DNA of 64,000 nt. It comes from an uncultured Candidatus Saccharibacteria bacterium (GTDB taxonomy: Bacteria; Patescibacteriota; Saccharimonadia; Saccharimonadales; Saccharimonadaceae). The translations under genes were made by a program, and so were the position numbers. The notes beneath the pieces were generated by a model. It saw only the letters and a program-made list of their open reading frames with translations, had not been told where the DNA came from and ran no database searches. The DNA lies in contig CAZDQY010000001.1 of NCBI GenBank assembly GCA_964508115.1, forward strand, positions 59,015 to 123,014. The letters are read 5' to 3'. Of this stretch, positions 55,368-64,000 are shown one piece after another; the stretch's first letter is position 1, and each line of letters starts with the position of its first letter.

Positions 55368-56729
55368 ATGGCTAAACCACGCGCACAATTCGTCTGCCAG
55401 CAATGCGGTTCCATTTACCCCAAATGGGCCGGGCGTTGTAGTGAATGTGGCGCTTGGAACTCGCTCATCGAGCAAGTCGCTGAAGTAGAGCCTGCCGAAG
55501 GCAAATCCGCCATTGCTCGCGGCCAAACCTCGGGTAAACCACTCACTTACAGCAGCATCAGCAAGCTCGAATCTTCTGACGAAAAGTCTCGCCTCCGCAC
55601 CGGCTTTCGCGACCTCGACATTGTACTTGGTGGCGGTATCCTTAGTGGCTCGGTCATGTTGCTTGCTGGACAGCCTGGTATCGGTAAGTCTACCTTACTT
55701 ATGCAAATTTGCGCCCAGATTGCCAACCACGGCAAAAAAGTCCTCTATGTTTCCGGCGAGGAATCTGCCGGCCAGGTTAAGCTCCGTGCTGTCCGCCTTG
55801 GTGCTAACTCTGACGAGCTCAAGTTCGCCAGTAGCAATTCCGCTAATGATATCGCTAAGACTATCGAGGGCGGGGAATTTGACCTCGTCATCGTAGATTC
55901 CATTCAGACACTTACCCTAGCCGAAATCTCCTCCGCGCCTGGCGGGATTTCTCAGGTCACGAACTGTGGCAATATCATTATCCGTGCCGCGAAGTCATCC
56001 AATACTGCCGTCATTATCGTCGGCCACGTTACCAAAGACGGTACGCTTGCCGGCCCAAAAGTCCTCGAGCACCTCGTCGACGTTGTACTAAATTTCGAGG
56101 GTGATCGCTACGGCGGATTCAAGATCGTCCGTGCCGTCAAAAATCGCTTCGGCTCCACCAGCGAAGCCGCCATCTTCGAGATGCACGGAACGGGTCTCCA
56201 AGAAGTCGCTAACCCCTCTGCCGCCCTGCTCGCCGAACGCCAGAACACCGACGGCTCAATCATTCTCGCCACTCTCGACGGCACCCGCCCCATCCTCGTA
56301 GAAATCCAAGCTCTCGTCACGCCCACTACCTTTGGCTATCCCCGCCGCACCAGCTCCGGCTTTGATAACAACCGCCTCACTCTGCTCATCGCCGTCATCG
56401 AACGCCGTACCAAACTCAAGCTCAGCGACAAAGACATCTATATTAATGTCGTCGGCGGGCTTAAGCTCCAAGACGCCGCTGCTGACCTCGCCATCTGTCT
56501 TGCCATCGCCTCCGCTGCCGCTGGGCGCAAACTTTCTGAAGATTATGTCGTCTTCGGCGAAGTCGGCCTCGGCGGGGAAGTGCGCTCCGCCTTTCGGCCC
56601 GACCAGCGCATCGCCGAGGCAAAAAAGCTCGGCTTCCGCCATGCTATCGCCCCCGCTACTATCAAAGATTCTTTCGTCCTCCCCGTCAAAGACCTCCGCG
56701 ATACCCTAATCAAATACGTCAATGAATAA
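55368..56729 (+). CDS. radA: DNA repair protein RadA/Sms
   Basis: CQQC...CSEC zinc finger, GQPGIGKST, YVSGEES, IVDSIQT, KNRFG, Lon-like C-terminus (GEVGLGGE). Confidence 0.97.
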   Translation: MAKPRAQFVCQQCGSIYPKWAGRCSECGAWNSLIEQVAEVEPAEGKSAIARGQTSGKPLTYSSISKLESSDEKSRLRTGFRDLDIVLGGGILSGSVMLLAGQPGIGKSTLLMQICAQIANHGKKVLYVSGEESAGQVKLRAVRLGANSDELKFASSNSANDIAKTIEGGEFDLVIVDSIQTLTLAEISSAPGGISQVTNCGNIIIRAAKSSNTAVIIVGHVTKDGTLAGPKVLEHLVDVVLNFEGDRYGGFKIVRAVKNRFGSTSEAAIFEMHGTGLQEVANPSAALLAERQNTDGSIILATLDGTRPILVEIQALVTPTTFGYPRRTSSGFDNNRLTLLIAVIERRTKLKLSDKDIYINVVGGLKLQDAAADLAICLAIASAAAGRKLSEDYVVFGEVGLGGEVRSAFRPDQRIAEAKKLGFRHAIAPATIKDSFVLPVKDLRDTLIKYVNE

Positions 56730-56894
56730 AAAGATTAGATCTCATTTCGACATTTCAATATGTCCTATAAAACAGAACGACAAGCTAAACATTCTTAGTT
56801 CATCATTCTGTTTCGGAAACCGCGCTTTTCGAAACAGAATAGAGCTGGTCTTGGGAGGTTGGACACCTTTCTCCCAGAAAGGGGTCCATAGCGC

Positions 56895-57356
56895 ATGCGC
56901 ATTCTAGGCATTGACCCAGGCACTGGCATCTGCGGCTTCGGCGTGATTGAGAATAATCAAGCCGTTGATTACGGCGTCATCGCCACCCCGCCACACACCC
57001 CGCTCGAAGACCGTCTCCTCGACATTTACGAGTCGCTCCACGAGATTATCGAGCTTAATCACCCCGACGTCATGGCGATCGAAAAACTTTTTTTCAAGCA
57101 AAACATCACTACTGGTATCTCTGTCGCTGAAGCTCGCGGCGTCTGTCTCTTAGTGGCCAAGCAGTGCAGTCTCCCCATCTACGAATACAGCCCAAACCAG
57201 ATCAAAAACGCCATCTGTGGCTATGGTATGGCTCACAAACCTCAAGTTCAAGAAATGGTACGCATCCATCTCAAACTCGAGACTGTACCAAAGCCCGACG
57301 ATGCTGCCGATGCTCTCGCCGTCGCAATCGTACACTCTTTCGCCGCAAAAGTTTGA
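56895..57356 (+). CDS. ruvC: Holliday junction resolvase RuvC
   Basis: ILGIDPG, MAIEKLFF, AEARGV, PDDAADALAVA. Confidence 0.96.
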   Translation: MRILGIDPGTGICGFGVIENNQAVDYGVIATPPHTPLEDRLLDIYESLHEIIELNHPDVMAIEKLFFKQNITTGISVAEARGVCLLVAKQCSLPIYEYSPNQIKNAICGYGMAHKPQVQEMVRIHLKLETVPKPDDAADALAVAIVHSFAAKV

Positions 57357-57426
57357 CCAGTAGCCCCTCATATTTACACTAAACATTCTAATTATGCTAT
57401 AATTAATATAAATAAGGAGGCAAAAC

Positions 57427-57756
57427 ATGATTAAAACAACTCTAGCTGCATTCGTTATCGCTCTTGGGCTGTCCCTAGGCACCGCACCGGTCTGGGCCGA
57501 AGAGGTCGACTGCATCATCGACCCTACCAACGAAGCCTGTCTCGTCACTACGAGTGATGAGCTCCCTTTCATTCCCAGCGATTATCCCGAGCAGAATGCT
57601 AATGACGCGGACGACGATAGCGAGGTCATCATCGACGAAGAGGTCGAAGAAACCGAGCCAGCTATGTGGCCCGCCTATCTCTCGCTTGGCGCGCTCGGCC
57701 TTGCCATCCTTGTCTTCATTGTCCTAAATCTTTTCGGTGGGAGAAAGCGTAAATAG
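57427..57756 (+). CDS. Small exported acidic protein with a C-terminal TM anchor
   Basis: Signal peptide (...APVWA-EE), Cys pair (DCIIDPTNEAC), Asp/Glu-rich linker, TM helix and GRKRK tail. Has its own TGCTATAAT and AAGGAGG. Confidence 0.8.
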   Translation: MIKTTLAAFVIALGLSLGTAPVWAEEVDCIIDPTNEACLVTTSDELPFIPSDYPEQNANDADDDSEVIIDEEVEETEPAMWPAYLSLGALGLAILVFIVLNLFGGRKRK

Positions 57757-57759
57757 CCT

Positions 57760-58341
57760 GTGATCGCCCATATTGCCGGAATTGTCACCGAGAAAGACCT
57801 TAATACCATTACAATCGACGTCCATGGCGTCGGCTACGAGCTAACTATCACCGCTCCCGACGCCGAAACTACCAATCTCCAAGACGACGTTAAATTTTAT
57901 ACTTACCATTCTGTCCGCGAGAACGGCGAAGATCTCTATGGCTTCTCTAGTCTCGCCGCCAAGCGTCTCTTCCAAATGCTTATCTCTGTCAATGGTGTCG
58001 GTCCGAAAGCTGCTATGGCTATCCTGAGCCTTAGTACGCCCGAAGAAGTTCGCAACGCCATCGCAAATGATGATATTGCTTTCATCTCGAAAGCAAGCGG
58101 CGTAGGGAAGAAATCTGCCGAGCGTGTCATCGTCGACCTCCGGGATAAAGTAGGTCTGCCTTCACACTACGGTCGCAGCGAGATGTTCCAGAGCAATAAC
58201 CCACTTACTAAGACCGACGAAGCTCTGGACGCACTCATCGCCCTAGGCTTCCCGCTCAAAGAAGCCACCGCCGCCCTAGCCGATGTCAACCCGAATCTCT
58301 CAGTCGAGGAGCGCGTACGCCAAGCTCTTAAGCAAAAATAG
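57760..58341 (+). CDS. ruvA: Holliday junction branch migration protein RuvA
   Basis: GVGYEL, LYGF, LISVNGVGPKAA, GVGKKSAERVIVDL, ALIALGF. GTG start. Confidence 0.96.
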   Translation: MIAHIAGIVTEKDLNTITIDVHGVGYELTITAPDAETTNLQDDVKFYTYHSVRENGEDLYGFSSLAAKRLFQMLISVNGVGPKAAMAILSLSTPEEVRNAIANDDIAFISKASGVGKKSAERVIVDLRDKVGLPSHYGRSEMFQSNNPLTKTDEALDALIALGFPLKEATAALADVNPNLSVEERVRQALKQK

Positions 58342-58422
58342 CCTCAACAACCACTTAAAACTCTTCCCAAAAATCGAAAACTGTGATAAAATAAGGAAAG
58401 TTGTAATATATAAAGGTTAAAT

Positions 58423-58866
58423 ATGAGTTTTACAGATTTGAAAAAGATTGGCGATGCTCAGAAAAAGTCGGCTGTTGTTGACGTCCGTTCTGGTGACACC
58501 GTCCGCATTACCCAAAAGATTAAAGAAGGTGAGAAGTTCCGCTCCCAGGTCTTTGAAGGCGTCGTCATTCGCACCGACCGCAAGAATTCTCACACCGCTC
58601 GCATCACCGTGCGCAAAGTCGCTTCCGGTGTCGGCGTCGAGAAGTCGTTCTTGATCCACAGCCCGCTCATAGAGAAGATTGAGATCGTCCATCGTGCGAA
58701 GGTCCGCCGTAAGAATCTATCCTTCTTGCGCGAGCGCTCTGGCAAATCTGCTCGTCTCACTAACAAGGCCTTCGATCGCGCTGCTGTCAACGCTCTCACT
58801 GTAGCCGAGCCAGCTAGCGAAGAAGCTCCTGCTGAGCCAGTCGCTGAGGAAGCTAAAGCTGAGTAA
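58423..58866 (+). CDS. rplS: 50S ribosomal protein L19
   Basis: GDTVRI, QVFEGVVI, TVRKVASGVGVEK, AKVRR..L.FLRERSGKSAR. Confidence 0.98.
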   Translation: MSFTDLKKIGDAQKKSAVVDVRSGDTVRITQKIKEGEKFRSQVFEGVVIRTDRKNSHTARITVRKVASGVGVEKSFLIHSPLIEKIEIVHRAKVRRKNLSFLRERSGKSARLTNKAFDRAAVNALTVAEPASEEAPAEPVAEEAKAE

Positions 58867-59860
58867 GGTTCTGCTCGGTATTGATGAAGTTGGACGCGGC
58901 CCCTGGGCGGGGCCGCTTGTCATTGGTGCAGTTGTTCTCGGGCCGCAACCCGACGCCTGGCTCGATCAGCTCACCGACTCTAAGAAGCTCACCGCCAAGA
59001 AACGCACTATCCTTAGCCAGCAAATCTTAGACCGAGCCACCGCCACTGGGCTCGGCTGGGTATCCACTAGCGAAATCGACCGCTATGGCCTCAGCAATTC
59101 ACTTAAACTAGCTGCTCGCCGCGCCGTCAAGCAAATCCTCCAGACCAAAATAAACTTCGACGAAATCATCATCGACGGCACCATCAATTTTCTCGCCGAT
59201 ACGCCACTTTCCGACCGTACCACCGTCCTCAAAAAAGCCGACTTCCTAATCAAAGAAGTCTCCGCCGCCTCTATTATCGCCAAAGTCGCTCGCGATGATT
59301 ACATGATCGCGCTAGCCAAGAAATACCCCGAATACGGTTTCGAGCGTCATGTTGGCTACGGCACTGCAATACACCGTCAAGCTCTGCTCGACCACGGCGT
59401 CTGCCCCGAGCACCGTCGTAGCTTCCGCCCAATCTATGAGCTGATCAAACAGCACGAGGATAATATCATCCTTAACCCAGAAATAGCTCACAAAGCACCT
59501 ACTGCCACAGACACCGCTACCGCTCACGGCCAAAAGGCCGAACGTGCCGTCATTGCCTATCTCCAAGCCCACGACCATGGAATCATCGCGCACAACTATA
59601 AAAACAAAGCCTACGAGATCGATATCATTTCTACTCAGGATGGCACCATCTACTTCACCGAAGTAAAATACCGCCAAAGCTCTGCCCATGGTAGCCCCAT
59701 CGACCAAATCACCCCGCAAAAACATCGCCAGATGCAATTCGCCGCAGAAGCGTTCATCTCGGAACATCCTGAATTTTTGCATTATCAGCCCCGGCTCGCT
59801 GCTGGCACCGTATCTGGCAAGGATTATTCCGTCGATGGCTGGCTCAGCTTGCCTGAGTAG
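58859..59860 (+). CDS. rnhB: Ribonuclease HII fused to a YraN/UPF0102-family nuclease, with probable CTG start
   Basis: The frame is open from after TAG (58802-58804) to 59860 and encodes LGIDEVGRGPWAGP, DSKKL, IIDG, SAASIIAKVARD, GYGT..H, then GQKAE...NY...EIDII...FTEVKYR. The ORF track shows only the last 185 aa. The start position is inferred. Confidence 0.88.
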   Translation: MSKVLLGIDEVGRGPWAGPLVIGAVVLGPQPDAWLDQLTDSKKLTAKKRTILSQQILDRATATGLGWVSTSEIDRYGLSNSLKLAARRAVKQILQTKINFDEIIIDGTINFLADTPLSDRTTVLKKADFLIKEVSAASIIAKVARDDYMIALAKKYPEYGFERHVGYGTAIHRQALLDHGVCPEHRRSFRPIYELIKQHEDNIILNPEIAHKAPTATDTATAHGQKAERAVIAYLQAHDHGIIAHNYKNKAYEIDIISTQDGTIYFTEVKYRQSSAHGSPIDQITPQKHRQMQFAAEAFISEHPEFLHYQPRLAAGTVSGKDYSVDGWLSLPE

Positions 59861-59981
59861 CCATGCGGATTTTTTGACAAAACGTGCCGTTTTCGCTTAT
59901 TCTATTGCCACTATTAAATATTCACATTATTACAGTAGACAAAAATACAATTATTTTGTATAATATACACATAGGATTACT

Positions 59982-61583
59982 ATGTTCCCAAATCTATATC
60001 ACAAATTAAATAAAATTATCACCGAGTATGATCTCACCTCTCTAACAATTGATATTTTTGATACCATTTTACTTTATGATTACTGGCCAGCCGATTTGCG
60101 GTTGTATGATGTCGTGGTCCGTTGGCTTCCGACATTCCAGCGGCTCATTTCTCCAGAAATTAACGCCTACGAGCTCTATGACTGGCGAATGTCGACCAAA
60201 CGCATCCTCGAAGAGCAAGGCTTATCCCTACGCATTGACGTTTGGTTTAACATCATTATTGATGCCATCTGCAACAAATACGATATAGCGCTAAGCCCTG
60301 AAGAAAAATTTGAGCTTCTTACTAGCATGATTGGTATCGAAACGTCTTTCGAGATGACCAGCTCCAAGCCAAACCTCGAGCTTATCCAGCAAGTTGCTCG
60401 ACTTAAGAAAGAACACCCAGAGCTTAAAGTCTATTTCGTAGTGAATAGCCATCTCACCAGTGAGCAAATCAAGAGTCTGCTCAAGATACGCCAGATTACC
60501 ATTTTCGACAGCGGCATTAGCTCCGCCGACATCGATAAGCGCCTAGACGCCGGAGAACTATTCGAACAAGTCGCGGCTAAGTTTGGGCCGAACTTCGACC
60601 TCACGAGCAATCTTCACATCGGCGATAATCGCACTTCTGACCTACTCGCCCCGCGCCACCACGACAGCCATGCTCTTCATTATCGACCGTTGCGAATGCG
60701 CGGTATGCGCACCATGGTCGGCGAGACTTGGCTTTATCTGCTTGAACAAAACGCCAAGTTCCACGAATGCCGCAAAGCCAACCAGACCAAAAAAGCCTAT
60801 GCCACCTGGCGCGAATACGGCACTACTCTTGCTAGTATCCATCAAGCCTGGGCCTGGCAAACCCGTGCGCTCACCCAAATTCATCTCGACCATAGTGTTT
60901 ATCTGATTGGCGACGAAGCAAGTAATGTCGTTAAATACGATAGTTTCACAAACTGCGAGAACCTCGAAATTATCCCGAGCATAAACCATGACAATCTCAT
61001 TCGTGCTTTTGTCTGGCTTCTCGCTACTTACCACACCGCACGCTGGGACGCCGCCCAGATCTTAAATATTCTAATACATACCGAGAAGCTTTCCCGCAAA
61101 AAACTCTATCAAATCTGCTTTGCAAAAAGCTATAATTATAGCGAAATGGCCATCAATACCTTCACCGAAGATGAGTTCGCTTCTACCTTCTTTAATGAGC
61201 TCACCAGCTGTGATCCTGAACATTCTGCCCCTGCTCGCACCGCCTACGAGCTCATCGCCACTAAGCTACCACAAAGTACTCGCCCGCTCCTACTTATCCA
61301 GGTGCATACAGACTCCACCCCCGAGCTTTTCCAAGAGTTTACCAAGCTGCACGGTATCACAAACACCATCGAGGCCTTCTATCTCGACCAAAACGATGTC
61401 GTCAAAAAGTCCACTCGCGCACTGCGTAAACTTATCAATCCCCGCCGTCAGAAACAAATCGACCTTGGCGCTATTGACGCTGATTTCAAGCAAACCAAGA
61501 TCGCTCCCGACAAATATATCGATCAGATCCTCTTACCACGCCTAGAGCAGCTCACCAAGCAACTTCGCGCCCGCAGCAAATAG
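59982..61583 (+). CDS. HAD-superfamily hydrolase-like protein with an uncharacterised C-terminal half
   Basis: N-terminal IDIFDTIL (motif I variant) and LHIGDN..SD (motif IV). Confidence 0.65.
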   Translation: MFPNLYHKLNKIITEYDLTSLTIDIFDTILLYDYWPADLRLYDVVVRWLPTFQRLISPEINAYELYDWRMSTKRILEEQGLSLRIDVWFNIIIDAICNKYDIALSPEEKFELLTSMIGIETSFEMTSSKPNLELIQQVARLKKEHPELKVYFVVNSHLTSEQIKSLLKIRQITIFDSGISSADIDKRLDAGELFEQVAAKFGPNFDLTSNLHIGDNRTSDLLAPRHHDSHALHYRPLRMRGMRTMVGETWLYLLEQNAKFHECRKANQTKKAYATWREYGTTLASIHQAWAWQTRALTQIHLDHSVYLIGDEASNVVKYDSFTNCENLEIIPSINHDNLIRAFVWLLATYHTARWDAAQILNILIHTEKLSRKKLYQICFAKSYNYSEMAINTFTEDEFASTFFNELTSCDPEHSAPARTAYELIATKLPQSTRPLLLIQVHTDSTPELFQEFTKLHGITNTIEAFYLDQNDVVKKSTRALRKLINPRRQKQIDLGAIDADFKQTKIAPDKYIDQILLPRLEQLTKQLRARSK

Positions 61584-61586
61584 TTC

Positions 61587-62783
61587 TCACCGTCCGCCGT
61601 GGTCAATCCGCTTCCAAGCGACGTCTTTCGTCAGGAGTGCCTGCAATGCACAGGGAACGTAGCTCAACAAATACAGTGGGTTGAAGAAAATCGCCTGCCA
61701 CTTAATTTTTTTCGTGAAACGCATCTTCTCACGCCGAATCATCACCACCGTAATAATCAATAATACTACATACACCGTCAATAGTAGTCCCACTAGAGCG
61801 CCCATCATTAAGCCGAAATTTTTGCTCAAAACAACATTCATAATATCACCGAAACATAGGCAAATCACTCCAAACAACGCCCAAATCACTGGACGTACGC
61901 CCACCGCTTCTTTTACGAGACTACCTTGATTACTCTCTACAGGACGTTTACGCATCAACGGAATATAGTGGCTCCGCGCCGAGAAATAGCCCTTGATCCA
62001 GCGCACTCTTTGATCAACTGTCTGGTCATAACGCGTCGGCTGCTCGTCATAAAACACCGCCTTCTCATTATAAAAAGTCGAGATATTATCAAGTATTGCA
62101 TAGAGCGACATTTCATAGTCTTCCGTAAGGCTATGAAACGGCCAGCCTCCCCACTTCTCGACTAACTTACCATCAATATAACACCCTGTACCAGAGAAAA
62201 TAATGTTCGCTCCATGACGAATCCGGTTCTTATTACCCATGGTGTTAATCATCGTAAAAGTCAACGCCGACACTGCCGCAATCACATTCTTATTGTTATT
62301 CTTCGCATTACGATATCCCGTCGCCATTTCATAGCCCACGCCATACACCTTCAGCATCTCCTCCACATAGGTCGGCGAAAGCCGATTATCTGCATCAAAC
62401 ACGAAATACAAATCATAGTGTTTCCCAGAACGCAAGATTTGTTTCACGGCCTCGTCCAGCGCATAGCCCTTCCGCTGCAATTCCAGATGTTCTCGCAGAA
62501 TTACGCTGCTACCATACTTTTTACAAATCTCCACCGTCGGATCAGCCAAATCTTCTACTATCACATAAATATCTTTCATCGGTATCGGCACCGTTTGCGC
62601 CGTAATGCTCGACAAAAGCTCACTTATCACTGCACTTTCATAGCGCGCCGGAATCAAGACCGCCATCCTCGGCTTCGCAGTACGTTTCTCTAGATTCAGA
62701 GAATTATGCTTCAATGCGGCGTTCGCATACCGCCACAAAATCACTGCATAGAGCAAGCACATTAATCCAATCAAGCCAATCAT
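61587..62783 (-). CDS. Processive-type GT2 glycosyltransferase (cellulose synthase/IcaA-like)
   Basis: LIPARYE, RKGYAL, VFDADN, SLTEDY, QRVRW (D,D,D,QxxRW), with N- and C-terminal TMs. Confidence 0.9.
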   Translation of the reverse strand: MIGLIGLMCLLYAVILWRYANAALKHNSLNLEKRTAKPRMAVLIPARYESAVISELLSSITAQTVPIPMKDIYVIVEDLADPTVEICKKYGSSVILREHLELQRKGYALDEAVKQILRSGKHYDLYFVFDADNRLSPTYVEEMLKVYGVGYEMATGYRNAKNNNKNVIAAVSALTFTMINTMGNKNRIRHGANIIFSGTGCYIDGKLVEKWGGWPFHSLTEDYEMSLYAILDNISTFYNEKAVFYDEQPTRYDQTVDQRVRWIKGYFSARSHYIPLMRKRPVESNQGSLVKEAVGVRPVIWALFGVICLCFGDIMNVVLSKNFGLMMGALVGLLLTVYVVLLIITVVMIRREKMRFTKKIKWQAIFFNPLYLLSYVPCALQALLTKDVAWKRIDHGGR

Positions 62784-63550
62784 GTATCCTTCTCCGAACG
62801 CACCATATTCGGGAAATAATGGTGCAAAAATTCATCATCAAAGTATTCATCATAAAACTCACCAATCGGCGTAATCGGTGGCATGTTGTTATGCCGAAAA
62901 GTTTGCCGAATGATTGCCGACCACGAAATCAAACAGTCAAAAATCATAAAAACCAATAATGCCCAGAACAGCGGATTACCAACTCTTGCTGGTATCTTCT
63001 CGATCAGGCTTGAGCAAAACGGATAGACAAATTTCACCAAAAGCAGCCCCAATACCCCCCAGACCAACATCAACGGTATCGTCGTACGTCCCTGAACGTT
63101 TAAGAATTGATAGCTGTAATCCCAAGACGTCGTACCAGTGAAAGTCTCTTGCAGGAAACTTAACATGTACTCTACTGCACCACCCAAAATCGCCGATATA
63201 CCAAAAATCTGCCAAGCATCATACTTCTTTCTAAGAAGCACCCAACACATTAACGCTGCACCAAAACCATAAATCACATTAAACGGCCCCCATATTACAC
63301 CGCGATGCAGCATGAATTCACCCATCTGTACATAAATCAGTACATCTTCATAAACCGTACCTATCACCGATCCGATCATGAATATAAAAAATAACTTCTT
63401 GAAGCTTAAGCCCTCGGCAAACTTGCCACTCTTGACAGTTACCTTTGCCGTCTGATGCGGAAAACTTTTCTGTCGCATGCTCTGCAGAACCGTTCTGCCA
63501 ATTTGTTGTTGACTAACCTGCGTCTTACTTGATTGTTTTGCCTCACCCAT
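62780..63550 (-). CDS. Putative ABC permease, CmpB/DUF1113-like family (second paralogue)
   Basis: GSVIGTVYE, HRGVIWGPFNVIYGFG, VEYMLS, WDYS...NVQGRT. TGA overlaps the GT2 start. Confidence 0.8.
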   Translation of the reverse strand: MGEAKQSSKTQVSQQQIGRTVLQSMRQKSFPHQTAKVTVKSGKFAEGLSFKKLFFIFMIGSVIGTVYEDVLIYVQMGEFMLHRGVIWGPFNVIYGFGAALMCWVLLRKKYDAWQIFGISAILGGAVEYMLSFLQETFTGTTSWDYSYQFLNVQGRTTIPLMLVWGVLGLLLVKFVYPFCSSLIEKIPARVGNPLFWALLVFMIFDCLISWSAIIRQTFRHNNMPPITPIGEFYDEYFDDEFLHHYFPNMVRSEKDT

Positions 63551-63562
63551 ATATCATCTCAT

Positions 63563-64000
63563 CTATTTTGAAATATTAAATCGAAACTCCACCACGTCGC
63601 CATCTTGCATAATATAGGTCTTACCCTCAGTACGCAGCTTGCCCGCCGCTTTCACCGCCTGTTCAGAGCCGAGTTCCTTCAAATCATCATATTTCATCAC
63701 TTCTGCCGCAATGAAGCCGCGCTCGAAATCGCTATGAATCGCTCCCGCCGCTTGCGGCGCCGTCGCACCCTGTTTGATCGTCCAAGCACGGACCTCCTTC
63801 TTGCCAGCGGTCAAGAAACTTTGCAGCCCTAGAGTCTCATAAGCTGCCTTCACCAGCTCCTGCAGCGCATCCTCCTCGACGCCATATTCCCGCAAAAACT
63901 CCTTGCGCTCCTCCGACGTCATACTCGACATCTCTGCCTCAAGCTTCGCATTCACGAAAACCGCTTGGCTTGGCGCCACACTAGCCGCTAGTTTTGCTCG
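63563..64000 (-). CDS. ychF: Redox-regulated ATPase YchF, 5' part beyond the window edge
   Basis: TLGLQSFLTAGKKEVRAWTI, APQAAGAIHSDFERGFI, EGKTYIMQDGDVVEFRFN (TGS domain). Frame is open to base 64000. Confidence 0.96.
   Translation of the reverse strand, partial: RAKLAASVAPSQAVFVNAKLEAEMSSMTSEERKEFLREYGVEEDALQELVKAAYETLGLQSFLTAGKKEVRAWTIKQGATAPQAAGAIHSDFERGFIAAEVMKYDDLKELGSEQAVKAAGKLRTEGKTYIMQDGDVVEFRFNISK

Noticed and set aside
55129-55526. ORFs 55129-55488 (+) and 55278-55526 (-)
   Set aside because: They overlap the radA promoter and 5' end out of frame, with no SD or motif.
614-62959. Numerous 60-250 aa ORFs antisense to or overlapping housekeeping genes (for example 614-1357, 2006-2554, 12205-12837, 45252-45878, 54143-54796)
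   Set aside because: These are shadow frames caused by biased codon usage in the real genes. They have no motifs, promoters or SDs.

Overview
A gene-dense bacterial chromosome segment, mostly on the + strand. Compact gene versions, gaps in conserved operons (no pyrH or cdsA in the rpsB-tsf-frr-uppS-rseP-proS block), a FISUMP-type surface protein and AT-rich extended -10 promoters suggest a Patescibacteria (CPR) genome, probably host-associated Saccharibacteria; this is inference, not a database result. Content is largely housekeeping: rpoC (3' part), murI, gatCAB, fusA, cysS, rpmE2, rpsB-tsf-frr-uppS-rseP-proS-greA-lysS, ldh, serS-murJ-uppP, radA-ruvC-ruvA-rplS-rnhB and ychF (3' part). An envelope and antimicrobial-peptide-resistance-like block at about 13.9-28.1 kb holds a Firmicutes-type BceRS-BceAB module with recognisable operator boxes. 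An AT-rich island at about 50.6-53.2 kb encodes a FISUMP protein. I found no tRNA, rRNA, transposase, integrase or true CRISPR array. The most notable observations are: (1) an RNase HII-YraN fusion missed by the ORF track that appears to start at CUG; (2) structured leaders with leaderless uORFs upstream of an MFS gene and add; (3) a long G-U-containing RNA stem upstream of the FISUMP gene; (4) an RNAP beta-prime lacking all four Cys of its second Zn site and carrying NADYDGD instead of NADFDGD; (5) pervasive leaderless gene architecture; (6) a consensus antisense promoter facing greA. No single multi-gene novel system is evident from the sequence alone.
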